DNA of 64,000 nt from an uncultured delta proteobacterium (GTDB lineage Bacteria > Myxococcota_A > Polyangia > Polyangiales > Polyangiaceae), in the NCBI GenBank assembly GCA_963716725.1, contig CAVQUB010000006.1, positions 32,001-96,000 on the forward strand. Reading direction: 5' to 3'. Positions 25,401 through 34,727 of this stretch are shown in pieces (positions within the stretch are counted from its first letter, which is position 1; the number at the start of each line of letters is the position of its first letter). The notes beneath the pieces are model-generated. The model was not told where the DNA came from. It saw nothing but the letters and a program-made list of their open reading frames with translations, and ran no database searches. The translations under genes were made by a program, and so were the position numbers.

Positions 25401-26639
25401 GCGGCGCATGGTCACGCTCTTGCCGTTGCCTTCGACTCGGGCGTCCGCCAAAGTCGAGAGCTTCATCTTCGGTCCGCCCTCGCCCAAATCGACCCGCAGC
25501 GAGAACTCGCCGATGCGGACCGGATCTCCGCGGCCCATGGGGAAGACGTAGCTCAGCTTGCCGTCGTTGGACGGGTTGATCTGCACGTAACGCAGGACCA
25601 CGCGGCGGGCGCCGCCGGCGGGCACGGGGTAGATGCGCGCGCGGTAGCTGCGGGCGTCCACCCACTCGAGGATGGCCGGCGAGTGCCCCGAGCTCTTCGC
25701 CGCGCCGTACTGCGCCGCGGCCTCTTTCGACTCGATGAACTCGCCCTCGACCAAGACGCCGTTGGTCTCGAGGGCGAAGCTCGTGACGCTCGCGTCGTCG
25801 GGCACCGTGAACCAGTACCAGCCCTCGACGTCGCGCTCGCCGGGATTGAAGAACGACTGATCGACCTCGGTCTCGCTCAGCCCCTCGCGGACCACCGCGC
25901 GCACACTCTGCCGCGCCACCTCGAGACGCCGGGCCGGACTGCCGGCCACCGCACCAACGTCCACGCCGTAGATGGTCCCGGAGCCCGCTCCAGGCACTCC
26001 CGTCCCTGAGGCAAAGTCCGCCATGCCGCCGGTCCAGTCTTCCCAGAACGCGAGGGCAGCGACCACGGGCGCCGCGTCGGCCTTCACCGTCGCCTGCTCG
26101 CCGGCCTTCACCTCTGCGCGGCCGCCTTTGCCCGTGACCGTGGCCATGCCGCGCGCCACGTAGATGCTCGCGTCGGCGCCGTCCCGCCGGATCGCCACCC
26201 CGGTTTCGGCCGCGGTCACCGCTGTGCCCGCCACCTGGTGCACCATGGGCTTGCGATCCGTCGGCGGTGCGTCGAGAAAATATTCGCCCTGCTCGAGCAC
26301 CACGGACTCGGCACCGAGGGCGATGCTGCTCTCGGAGCGCATGAACAGGCGTGAGCCATCGGGCAGCCTCACCAGCGCGCGCGCGCCTTTCTGGGTCGAG
26401 ATCTTCGCGTCGGAGAGCAGCGGCGTCCCACTCACGGCTCGCGCCGGTCCCTGCCCCAGATCCACGCTGACCTCACCGGCCGCGAGCTCGAGCCGAGCCT
26501 GAATCGGCAACGCCTTGCTGGGTGGCGCTTTCTTCAACGCCACCGCCAACAGCGCGGCAACGAACAACGCGAGCCCGAGCAGCGCCAGCACGAGCCTGGT
26601 GATGGTGCGCGCGCGCGCCGATTTGAGATTCTCGCTCAT
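22458..26639 (-). CDS. Large FecR-like + VIT + VWA + TPR protein with N-terminal membrane anchor
   Basis: TM helix; LPDGSRLF FecR-like; ETEVDQSFFNP..RDVEGWYWFTVP VIT; VVVVDTS..., VGDGVAT, LFTVGVG VWA; C-terminal TPR-like repeats. Confidence 0.85.
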   Translation of the reverse strand: MSENLKSARARTITRLVLALLGLALFVAALLAVALKKAPPSKALPIQARLELAAGEVSVDLGQGPARAVSGTPLLSDAKISTQKGARALVRLPDGSRLFMRSESSIALGAESVVLEQGEYFLDAPPTDRKPMVHQVAGTAVTAAETGVAIRRDGADASIYVARGMATVTGKGGRAEVKAGEQATVKADAAPVVAALAFWEDWTGGMADFASGTGVPGAGSGTIYGVDVGAVAGSPARRLEVARQSVRAVVREGLSETEVDQSFFNPGERDVEGWYWFTVPDDASVTSFALETNGVLVEGEFIESKEAAAQYGAAKSSGHSPAILEWVDARSYRARIYPVPAGGARRVVLRYVQINPSNDGKLSYVFPMGRGDPVRIGEFSLRVDLGEGGPKMKLSTLADARVEGNGKSVTMRRSGYTPRADFQLEATLPERRPPLAVSRYKADGESADYVMVRYTPDLDWKGVKQQRGDVVVVVDTSAAGDEASRQLKTAAAESILRALSDDDRFALVALDVQPTVLHPKDGMAAASDGEIAKALEALAGYSAGGATDLSAMFDVSLQRLHGAEQPAVVYVGDGVATSGELSGEQIVERLRRALGTSRARLFTVGVGSEANHPLLSELSRAGGGTAFRVDEAEQTTARALELTAALKVPTITDLEIDLGAGLDEPFSTASGKVSRGQEVVVLARTHHDLPKRVKVKGRIGGEQFSKEYEAEREKSVIAEFVPRLWAAEYVRRLLGGAQGPEAERGRVVALGLEYGLMTPFTSILALESEAAYYQMGIQRKRSKLRGKQLSLLDVDPATERRVAERHAAILPPGFMPLGCSKLDLSGSSENESAPAKSKSVAQAPGVRAAPPSPAQAQGADMENQADEKSEVATTPSPVVAAPTAAAPAEAEGLPAFAGKGRGGGGLGALPRPAGMRPDGDDYRAGQKTGKFDAKPTTERLKKLAPTDKDDRDGAKLKEEAKRVVSDVELPKTCSDAAARPIAQRVLLWQKRLKTTRSPSDLVQRHAAAAASCELSDWRAERTFLDLMQKRVDGEASASLVLSHFAGRPEVQKFLAKLILRRAVDPRLVAAVERALFGIAVDWPKLDLELSEIGDVNKRIDRVREAIAKAPEDPNGGVRLVKLLVEADKKDEAVVLGRRLRDQGLLTPSIARQIGDALARAGLADEAVRTYSEIVEFDPDGIDSRRLLGDIYLGHGWYEPAYRQYRTLTETAKDDALGWLRLAAAAAGAGRVDEALRLERKIANAQGTPGPTDPRRWARMLSASRLARLIEKPPAGTNPAAVKRELKELQIFSGPGRLVLLTWDDLSADFVIVTRVDDKDMGLGETTDAAKAGLSSVLLTGADAERASFLARLRSAKKDAPVKLERHDAVWNGKDFQISSKAIELPKDASEALL

Positions 26640-26762
26640 GGTTTCCTCCGCCTGTTTCTACCAGGCGTCCCTGTGACGGGATGTTCCTGCGCCTGGGCCG
26701 GTTTCACAAGTCAAGGTCGAGATTCTTTGCCTGGACCGGCCGGGCGCGGATCTCTGAGAGTT

Positions 26763-28259
26763 CTAGAAGGCGAAGTCGAGCGCTCGAGTGGCGTTGGCGC
26801 GGACCTGCGCCTTGGCCTTACGCTGCGCCGCCGCGGGGTCGCCGCCCTGCGCAGCCGGCGGCGCGAGCCCGCGTTCAGCCTTGCCGAGGGCGGCCGACTG
26901 GTCCGCGAAGTCCTTTTCGAGGCCGGGCTTGGCCGGCGCCGGTGCGCGCCCCAGCGCCCGAGTGCGCTCCCGGCCGAGGGCATCCAGCTGCGAACGGAGC
27001 TTCTGGCGCGCTTCCTCGGGCCGGCCCGCGGCGTAGAGCTCGTTGACCTCGTTCAGCACCGCGGAGGTCTGGCTGCGTTGCATGCGTGCGAGCACCACGG
27101 GATCGAGCTCGCTGACGCTCTCCGGGTCGTCGACGTAGAGCGCGCTCAGCTTGCCCTGGCTGCCCTCGTGAAGCCCCGCGCTCGATCCCTTTGCCAGCTC
27201 GTCGTAGGCCAGCCTCACCTCCGCAATGGGCCGTTCTCCGCTCGCTCCGCGCGGCACGCGCAGGGCGATGAGCAGCGTCTTTTCTTCGCCGGAGCTGAAG
27301 CTGCCGAGGGGAACGAAGATCTGGTTGCCCTCCCGGCGGAAGGTGCGGTCGAAGACGCGTTCGGCGTCGACACCCGGGGCGAGCGCGATGGCCACCTCGG
27401 CGTTCTTCGCGATGGACTTCGCCAGCGTCTCGAGTTCTTGGTCGAAGACGCGGGGCAGATCGCCGGCGTTCTCGACGAAGTGATGCCGACCATTGGACTC
27501 GATGGCCAGCACGTTCATCACGCGCTCGTTGTACTCGACGTCGACTCCCACGCTGCTGATGCTCGCTCCCATGTTGCGGATGCGCGCGCCCAGCGCGCGG
27601 AAGCCCTCCAGATCTCGCACTCCTGTCGTGGGCTCGCCGTCCGAGAGCAGCAAGATCCGATCGAGCATCCCGCTCCGCTGCCGGAGCTGAGCCATGCCTT
27701 CGTCGAGCCCGCAGGAGATACAGGTGTCGCCTTGGGGCGTGATGCCCGCGAGGGCGGAGCTGACCCGATCGCGCGACGAGGAATCCACCGTGGTGGGCGC
27801 GACCAGCACCTCGGCGCTTTGGTTGTAGGCGATCAGGCTCACGACGTCTCCATCGCGGAGTCTCCGGACCATGCCCCGGGCTCCGTCGATGGCGTTCTGG
27901 ATCCGCTGGCCCTTCATCGAACCCGAACGATCGACCACGATGGCCAGGTTGAGCGGCGACGGCGCGAATGGAGCGTCGGCCTCGTCGGCGGTCACGTTGA
28001 CCAGCAGCAGCGTCGAGTTGTCGGTGTCTGCCAAGAGCTTGGCGTGACCGAGCCGCCCCTCGAGGGCCAGGGTTCGACCGCTGCTGAAGGACGCTCCCGA
28101 GTGGGGTTGGTCGATGGGTCGTCGGATGGGCTGCGGCGCGTCGGAGGGCAGCTCCGAGCCGACCTCGAGGGATCGGGCCGGATCCGTCAGGGACCATACG
28201 GACACGCTCGAGAGCAGCATGCCAGCGCCCGCGAGGGCTGCGACGCTCTTCACCTTCAT
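26763..28259 (-). CDS. Secreted VWA-domain protein (YfbK-like)
   Basis: PLNLAIVVDRSGSM MIDAS, GDTCIS.GL, LLLSDG, SVGVD..YN. Confidence 0.88.
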   Translation of the reverse strand: MKVKSVAALAGAGMLLSSVSVWSLTDPARSLEVGSELPSDAPQPIRRPIDQPHSGASFSSGRTLALEGRLGHAKLLADTDNSTLLLVNVTADEADAPFAPSPLNLAIVVDRSGSMKGQRIQNAIDGARGMVRRLRDGDVVSLIAYNQSAEVLVAPTTVDSSSRDRVSSALAGITPQGDTCISCGLDEGMAQLRQRSGMLDRILLLSDGEPTTGVRDLEGFRALGARIRNMGASISSVGVDVEYNERVMNVLAIESNGRHHFVENAGDLPRVFDQELETLAKSIAKNAEVAIALAPGVDAERVFDRTFRREGNQIFVPLGSFSSGEEKTLLIALRVPRGASGERPIAEVRLAYDELAKGSSAGLHEGSQGKLSALYVDDPESVSELDPVVLARMQRSQTSAVLNEVNELYAAGRPEEARQKLRSQLDALGRERTRALGRAPAPAKPGLEKDFADQSAALGKAERGLAPPAAQGGDPAAAQRKAKAQVRANATRALDFAF

Positions 28260-28339
28260 CTGCGATCCTTCCGAGAACGGCCCCGAGGACCGGGCCTTAC
28301 ACTCTGGTCCCTGGTGACGTGCGAGCCGCCGGATGGATC

Positions 28340-29536
28340 TCAGCCGGCGCCGCGGTCGGCGGCTCGGGCCCGCGCCCGGCGAGCCCGCCGCGACCGCGCG
28401 TGCCGGATGTAGCTCTTCATGGTCAGGCGCTTGCCGAAGCACAAAAGCACGTCTCCGGTCAGGATTTGGCGGTCGCCCCGGGGGTTCGGGATGGTCAGTC
28501 CCCCGCGCAGGATGCTGAGCACCATCACGTCTCGGTCCCGCAGCCCGGCCTCGCGCAGCGTGCGACCGGCCAGCGCCGAGTCGGCGGTCACCTGAAGCTC
28601 GGCGACGCCGTAGCCCGCCTCGAGCGTCAGTCGTTGGCGCAGATCGACCTCCGGAAAGGCGACCTGCTCCTCGAGGTGCTCGACGATGTGATCGGCCACG
28701 TCGATGCCGGTGGCGGCCTCTATGCCCTCGAGCCCGGGTGACGAGTTCACCTCCAAGACCTGCGGACCGTCCGCCGTCTCGAGTAGATCGACCCCTGCGA
28801 CGCGGAGTCCCATGATCTGCGCGGCGTGGATGGCGGCGCGCTCGTAGGCCGGCTCGAGTCGAAGCGGCTCCGCGCGGGCGCCCCGGTGCACGTTGGCGCG
28901 GTACTCCTCGTCCCGGGCCAGCCGGCGCATCGCCGCGACGACGCGATCGCCGACCACGAACGCGCGGATGTCGCGGCCACGGCTCTCGCTCACGAATTTC
29001 TGGATCAAGACGTTCTGGCGCGCGCTCTGCAAGGTCTCGATGATCGCCTCGGCGATCTTGGTGGTGTCGGCCAAGATCACGCCGATGCCCTGGGTGCCCT
29101 CGAGCAGCTTGATGATCACCGGTGCTCCACCGACCTGATCGATGGCGTGCAGCACGCTGCGGCGGTCGCGCACGAAGGCGGTGGGTGGAATGCCCAAGTC
29201 GTGGCGGGACAGGACCTGAGTGCCGCGGAGCTTGTCGCGGGAGACGCTGATGGCGTTGGACGACGCCAGCGTGAACACGCCCATCTGTTCGAACTGGCGC
29301 ACCACCGCGGTTCCGTACAGGGTGATCGAGGCGCCAATGCGCGGGATCACCGCGTCGTAGCGCCGGAGCGGCCGGTTCTTGAAGAAGAGCTTGGGGTGCC
29401 CTTTCTCGATGCCCATGCTGAAGCGCAGGGTATTGAGCACCTTGGGCGAGTGTCCGCGGCCGACGCAGGCCTCGCGGAGGCGCCGCGTGCTGTAGGCCCG
29501 CGGGCTGCGCGACAGGATCACGATGCGAAGCGTCAC
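28340..29536 (-). CDS. rimK: RimK-family ATP-grasp glutamate ligase with C-terminal TrkA-C (RCK_C) domain
   Basis: YSTRRL, DAVIPRIG, SRDKLR, KLLEGTQGIGV, EVNSSPGLEGIE; tail LAGRTLRE...VLSILRGG..IPNP.GD....GD. Confidence 0.92.
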   Translation of the reverse strand: MTLRIVILSRSPRAYSTRRLREACVGRGHSPKVLNTLRFSMGIEKGHPKLFFKNRPLRRYDAVIPRIGASITLYGTAVVRQFEQMGVFTLASSNAISVSRDKLRGTQVLSRHDLGIPPTAFVRDRRSVLHAIDQVGGAPVIIKLLEGTQGIGVILADTTKIAEAIIETLQSARQNVLIQKFVSESRGRDIRAFVVGDRVVAAMRRLARDEEYRANVHRGARAEPLRLEPAYERAAIHAAQIMGLRVAGVDLLETADGPQVLEVNSSPGLEGIEAATGIDVADHIVEHLEEQVAFPEVDLRQRLTLEAGYGVAELQVTADSALAGRTLREAGLRDRDVMVLSILRGGLTIPNPRGDRQILTGDVLLCFGKRLTMKSYIRHARSRRARRARARAADRGAG

Positions 29537-30015
29537 CCTGCCGACTCCGGTGCGACCGAGCGAACGCGCCGCTTGGTCTTCGACAGCACGTAGATCTTGC
29601 CGGCATCCACCAGAAAGCGTCGCGCCAGGGCCGAGCGCCCCAGCAGCATCCGGAAGCGCATGCGCTCACGGCTGACCAGGCTGAGCTCTACCTCTTCGGC
29701 GACCGGACCAATTTGCAGCGTCGCGCGCACGAAGAGCCGCAGCTCGGACTCGCCGCTGGACGCACGAACGCGACCTCGACGTACCACCTTCGCTTCGACG
29801 GTGACGCGCCGATCGAGCTTCTTGCGGTGCAGGCGCACGTCGAAGCGCACGCGCCCATGAGGCAGCTCCTGCACGTTCTCGACGTGCAGCGCGCTGGACC
29901 GAGCGCCGGTGTCGAGCTTGGCGCGCATGCGGCGCACGTTCCACTCGGGGATGTCGACGAGCTCTGCGAAGCCCACGACCAAAGGCAAGCGATGAGAACG
30001 CTGTTCGTCGGTCAC
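29533..30015 (-). CDS. RimK-associated retropepsin-like protease (RimB/ATP-dependent zinc protease family)
   Basis: RAKLDTGARSSALH and FRMLLGR motifs; overlaps rimK start. Confidence 0.88.
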   Translation of the reverse strand: MTDEQRSHRLPLVVGFAELVDIPEWNVRRMRAKLDTGARSSALHVENVQELPHGRVRFDVRLHRKKLDRRVTVEAKVVRRGRVRASSGESELRLFVRATLQIGPVAEEVELSLVSRERMRFRMLLGRSALARRFLVDAGKIYVLSKTKRRVRSVAPESAG

Positions 30016-30078
30016 TTGGGCTCGCCCCCGAGCCCGAGACTCTGCCCGAGCCACCCCGAAAAATCACCCGCCCCGGCG

Positions 30079-31185
30079 TCAGCGGGCGATTTCGCGAGGG
30101 GGCTGGGCGGTGGCCGCGGGTTCTGGCTGACCGTCCGAGGTGGCCGCCCGGGCGACGAAGGTGGCCAGCCCCGCGATCAGGCTGAGCAAGACCACGATGA
30201 GGAGGCCCGTGCGCAGGGGCACTTCCGCTGGTTTCGCGGCGATCGGCCTGGCGGATGTGGGCACGGTCGGTTCGGGCCGGCCGCTCGACGGGGCCGGCGC
30301 CGTGCCAGACTGGGGCGGGGTCGACGGGCGAGCCGGCGTCGGCGCGGGCGGGGCCGACCGCGCGACCCCGCCGGTTGCGAGCACCGGCTCGAGCTCGTGC
30401 AGGACATCCGCGGCGGATCCCGGCCGATCGTCCGGGTGCTTCTCGAGCAGCTCGAAGAGCAATCGCTCGACGCCCTCGGGAAGCACCTGCTTCAGCTCGC
30501 CTTCGAGCGGCGCCGGCGGACGGGTGCATTGCATCTCGAGCAACTCGCGCGGCGAGGGCGACTCGAAGGGCGGCTTTCCGGTCAGCATCTCGTAGAGCAG
30601 GAGCCCGAGCGCGTACAGGTCGCTGCGCGCGTCGATGCTCTTGGCGTCGATCTGCTCGGGGCTCATGTACTGCAACGTACCGACGCTGTGAGTCGTGGTC
30701 TTGCTGAGCGCTTGCACCACCTTCGCGATGCCAAAGTCCATCACTTTGACGCTGCCGTCGGCCAGGAGCATCACGTTCTCGGGCTTCAGGTCCCGATGCA
30801 CGATCGCGGGCTCCGCTCGATGCGCCGCGGCGAGGGCTGCCGCCACCTGCACCGCGATGTCTACCGCTTCGTCCCAGGGCAGCGGCCGGCGTTGGCTCAG
30901 GCGGCTGCGCAGCGTGCGACCTTCGAGGTACTCGAGAACCATGACCAGGCGGTCGTCGACCTCGATGCACGCGAGGCAACGGACCACGTTCGGGTGATCG
31001 AGCTGGGCCATGATGGCCATCTCGTTCAGGAAGAGCCGCCGGCCCTGCTCGCTCTCGGCCAGCTCCGGGCGCAGCACTTTGAGAGCGACTCGGCGGTGCG
31101 AGAGGCGCTCTTCGGCCTCGTACACCTTGCCCATGCCGCCCTCCCCGACCAGCCGCCGCACCAGGTATTCGCCCATCCGCTCCAT
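30079..31185 (-). CDS. Hanks-type Ser/Thr kinase with C-terminal TM helix
   Basis: GEGGMGKVY, VALK, HRDLKPEN, DFG, YMSPEQ. Confidence 0.95.
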   Translation of the reverse strand: MERMGEYLVRRLVGEGGMGKVYEAEERLSHRRVALKVLRPELAESEQGRRLFLNEMAIMAQLDHPNVVRCLACIEVDDRLVMVLEYLEGRTLRSRLSQRRPLPWDEAVDIAVQVAAALAAAHRAEPAIVHRDLKPENVMLLADGSVKVMDFGIAKVVQALSKTTTHSVGTLQYMSPEQIDAKSIDARSDLYALGLLLYEMLTGKPPFESPSPRELLEMQCTRPPAPLEGELKQVLPEGVERLLFELLEKHPDDRPGSAADVLHELEPVLATGGVARSAPPAPTPARPSTPPQSGTAPAPSSGRPEPTVPTSARPIAAKPAEVPLRTGLLIVVLLSLIAGLATFVARAATSDGQPEPAATAQPPREIAR

Positions 31186-31360
31186 CGGTCGACTCCTTCA
31201 TACGCGCGAGTTGGGGAAAAGGTGCTCGGGAAACGCGGCCCGGCCCGCGGCCGGTCCCCGCGGGCCGACCCCCGGGCACCCCCCCCCTCGGGGCTGATCC
31301 TCGGCCTTTGGGCGAGCTTCCGCTTGCCCAGACCGCGTTTCGTTGACAGGTTCCGCCTCG

Positions 31361-32101
31361 ATGGACGCCACCGGCAGTCACGAATCGAACCGCGCCTACT
31401 ACGACGCCTTCAGCGAGGGTTACGAGGACCACCGCGGCGAGAACGATCCGGGCGGCTACCACGACCTGCTCGACGAGCTCGAGGCCGACTTCGTCGCGCG
31501 CTTCGGGCGCGGGCGCGACGTGCTCGAGATCGGATGTGGCACCGGCCTGGTGCTGTCGCGCATCGCTCGCTTCGCAGGCTCCGCGCGCGGGCTCGATCTT
31601 TCGCCGGGCATGTTGGAGAAGGCCCGAGCCCGAGGGCTCGACGTGGTGGAGGGCTCTGCGACGGATCTGCCCTTCCCGCATTCGAGCTTCGACGTCACCT
31701 GCTCGTTCAAGGTGCTGGCGCACGTGCCGGAGATCCGCGTGGCCCTCTCGGAGATGGCGCGCGTCACCCGACCTGGCGGCATCCTGATCGCCGAGTTCTA
31801 CAATCCTTTCAGCATTCGCGGCCTCGCGAAGAAGCTGGCGCCGCACGGCAAGATCGCCCAAGCGGCCCACGAGGGTCACGTCTTCACCCGCTTCGATTCG
31901 CCGCGCACGGTCGCGAAGCTCCTGCCCCCGGGCTGCGAGATCGTGGATTCACGAGGCATCCGCGTCGCCACACCGACGGCGCGCGTCATGCGTCACCCGC
32001 TCGGCCGGCGCTTCTTCCGCGCGGCAGAGCGAGCGCTCTGCGACAGCCCGCTCAAGTACATGGGTGGGTTCTGGCTGATCGCGGCGCAGAAGCAGGGCTG
32101 A
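31361..32101 (+). CDS. Class I SAM-dependent methyltransferase
   Basis: VLEIGCGTG, GLDLSPGML, LPFP..SFD, RVTRPGG. Confidence 0.92.
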   Translation: MDATGSHESNRAYYDAFSEGYEDHRGENDPGGYHDLLDELEADFVARFGRGRDVLEIGCGTGLVLSRIARFAGSARGLDLSPGMLEKARARGLDVVEGSATDLPFPHSSFDVTCSFKVLAHVPEIRVALSEMARVTRPGGILIAEFYNPFSIRGLAKKLAPHGKIAQAAHEGHVFTRFDSPRTVAKLLPPGCEIVDSRGIRVATPTARVMRHPLGRRFFRAAERALCDSPLKYMGGFWLIAAQKQG

Positions 32102-32105
32102 GCGC

Positions 32106-33696
32106 TCACCGGCCCAACTTCGGCGCGGCGGCGGCTCCGCCCCGACGAGCCGTCCACCTTCCGTCGCCGTCGCCGTCCACGAAGATCGGGATTGCTGACC
32201 GCGATGGGAAAGAGCTTGCCCCCGCTGACCCCGCCCACCACCGGCGGCAACTCGCGGTCGCCGTCCACGCGCACCACCACGAACGCGTCGTCGAGCATTT
32301 CGAGCTCGAGCTTCTCGGAATAGCGCTCGACGGCTTCGCTGGGCGCGATGGGCAAATCCGTCACGGGCCGGCCGTTTGCGTAGATCCGGAGGCGCGCGAC
32401 CGAGATCCACGGCGCGGCGCGCACCCGCACCGTCAGCGTGACCTTGCCCTCCACGGCGCGGGCCAACTGTCCGAAGCTCTTGTCATCGATACTGGCCTCG
32501 ATGAAGGGCCCGGAGCTGAAGAACGAGCTTCCCTCGCGCATCGCGGCGGCCAGTCGCTCGCCGTCCACCGCCGGTCCCACCTCGTCCATCCGCACGTAGT
32601 TGCGCGGGTAGCCGGCGTAGCTCAGGGCGATGCCGTGGGTGTCCGAGTTGCCGACCGCGGTGACTCGCCTGCCGTTCTGGAGCAGGCCGAACCAATCCGC
32701 CATCACCCGGTCCACAGCCTCGAAGCTGCCGTGTTTGGAGCCGTTCATCACCTCGATGGCGTCGAATTCGAAGGAGACTCGAGACCGGCCGAAGAGCGCC
32801 GTCCGTGGATCGAAGCCAGCGATGGAAAAATAGCCCATCTTCCCCAGCCTCGGGTGGTTGACCGTGATCAGCGCCGTCGGACCATGACGCCGCACGTCTC
32901 GGAGCAACTCGTCCGGCTTCGCGCCCTTCATGCGAACCCGATGCAGCACCCACCATTCGTTCTGCTGCCTCAAGGGAAAGGCTCCGAAGTGGCCCCAGTC
33001 GGTGGTGCTGATCTCGGCGCCGGCCACCGTGCCCAGGAGCTCCTTCGAACCCGCCCGTTCGATCTCGGGACGATAGTCGGTCACGACGTTGTGGTCGGTG
33101 GCGACCAATACGTCCACGCCCTCGCTGACGAACTCGTGCACCCGAGCGGACAGGGGCACTTTGGAGTCCCAAGAAGGATCCGCGTGCACGTGGGTGTCGG
33201 CGCTGATCCAGCCGGCGCGCGCGATCAGGTGCGTGAGCGTCGCGGTGAGCTTGGTCGCCTTCGCTCCGACCGTGATCTGCTCGACGTGCAAGCTCCACTC
33301 CGGACCGCGGCTCACGAAGAGTTCGTAACTGCCGGGCGGGACGGCGAACGAACCTCGCCCATGCATGGAGAAGATCCGGTGGTTGGCGGCGACGCCGCCG
33401 TCGACGATCCGAGTGGGCAGGCCGAGGGCCAAGTCCGGCGTCGGAGTCCCGTCCCGCCCGAGCCAGGTGAGCTTGCAGGGGATCGGGCGCCCGCGCTCGT
33501 CCTGGACCAAGAACTCGACGTTGCCTCCGGGCTCGGGAGCGGCGGCCGACGCGCTGACCGGCGGAGCCGCGGCGTCTGCCGTTGGCCCGGCGGGGTGTTG
33601 CTGCGGCGCGACGCGGCGACCGCAAGCGTGCGCGAACACTCCGGCCGCGAGCGCCAGAGCGAGGCCCGGGACCAGCCGGTCGGGCGGGGGTCGCAT
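32106..33696 (-). CDS. PHP-domain (CehA/McbA-like) metallohydrolase lipoprotein; frameshift at ~32188 near C-terminus
   Basis: AHAC lipobox; ADTHVH, ATDHN, NHP, GNSDTH; removing one base restores SNPIFVDGDGDG...LGR-TGA ending 32106. Confidence 0.82.
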
Positions 33697-34658
33697 CAGA
33701 AGCGACCGACGACGCCCAACGTGCCCCCGCCATGGGTCGGCGCAGCGACGGGAACGAACGAGATTGCCGGCTTCTCCGGGGGACGGCGCAGATCGGGGCT
33801 GAGGGGCTTCTTCACCGTGTCCCGGAACTCGGGCACGTAGGCGAGCTGAGCTTGCAGCACTCCAATGGTGGCGACCCCCAGGAAACCCCAGCTCGTGATC
33901 AGCATGGTCTGGTACGCGGCCTGGGACTTCGGGTTCAGGTCATCGGGATCCGGCGGCGGATCGTCGTCGGCCCGGGCGTTGAGATCGAGCTGGATCACCA
34001 TCGCGCCCAGGGCGGTACCCGCCAAGATCACCTCGGAGCCGAGGAAGAGGTACCCGAGCCAGGGATCGCGATTCTGGAACTGCCCGACGCCGAAGGGGAT
34101 GGCGGCGACCCAGCGGTCGTTCTTGCTGACGACGACCTCGCGGCTCGCCAGCGCTTCGAGGCGCTCGACGCGTCGCGTCTCGGCAGCAGCCCGGCGCGAC
34201 GCGGCAGCGGCGGAGGCGCGCTGCTTCTGGAGCTCCTTGGCCTCGGCTCGCTTGATCTCGTCTACTAGCGAGTCGCGCACCCTGAAGAACCGATCGATGA
34301 CCGTCCCCGGAAATACCAGGCTGTCCGGCGGCCGCATCAGGGGGTTCTGGCGGATCGCCTTTCGCATCTGCTCTTCGGAATCGGCGACCTGACCGTTGCC
34401 GATCAGACAGGCCGCGTAGTAGATGCGGGCGCGCTCGAGCACCTCCGGATCGTCGATCTTCGGCGGCTGCCCGCCGATCAGCGTCGCGAACTCCTTGACG
34501 CACTCGGCGTACTTGCCGGCGTCGTAGAGCGTGACGACGCGCGCCAGCTCGGTCTGATCGCTGAGCCCGCCGGACGGTTGCGCGAGCACGCCTGTCGACA
34601 GACACGAGAGCCCCACGAGGAAGGCGAACAGGAGGGTGCGAGATCGGGCCGGGTGCAT
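33696..34658 (-). CDS. Hypothetical TPR-like membrane protein
   Basis: Signal peptide, TPR-like helices, PFGVGQFQN and two hydrophobic segments. Confidence 0.7.
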   Translation of the reverse strand: MHPARSRTLLFAFLVGLSCLSTGVLAQPSGGLSDQTELARVVTLYDAGKYAECVKEFATLIGGQPPKIDDPEVLERARIYYAACLIGNGQVADSEEQMRKAIRQNPLMRPPDSLVFPGTVIDRFFRVRDSLVDEIKRAEAKELQKQRASAAAASRRAAAETRRVERLEALASREVVVSKNDRWVAAIPFGVGQFQNRDPWLGYLFLGSEVILAGTALGAMVIQLDLNARADDDPPPDPDDLNPKSQAAYQTMLITSWGFLGVATIGVLQAQLAYVPEFRDTVKKPLSPDLRRPPEKPAISFVPVAAPTHGGGTLGVVGRF

Positions 34659-34727
34659 CTTGGCCGCGGCCCCTCCGAGGTTTCGGGACGCGCCGACGTC
34701 GAAGGTTCGACCGCGGCGCGGAGCGAG

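Noticed and set aside
26763..29669. 968-aa ORF as one protein, and similar 5' extensions of pyk (39271), rsmE (22989), bfr (12574) and the transposase (17314)
   Set aside because: The extensions overlap other real genes or IS ends; family homology starts at the internal starts used above.
29713..33840. 1375-aa plus-strand ORF and other long Arg/Ala/Gly-rich ORFs (e.g. 22542-25190, 34578-36644, 6860-8806)
   Set aside because: Shadow frames of real genes in high-GC DNA; no motifs, and they overlap well-supported CDSs.
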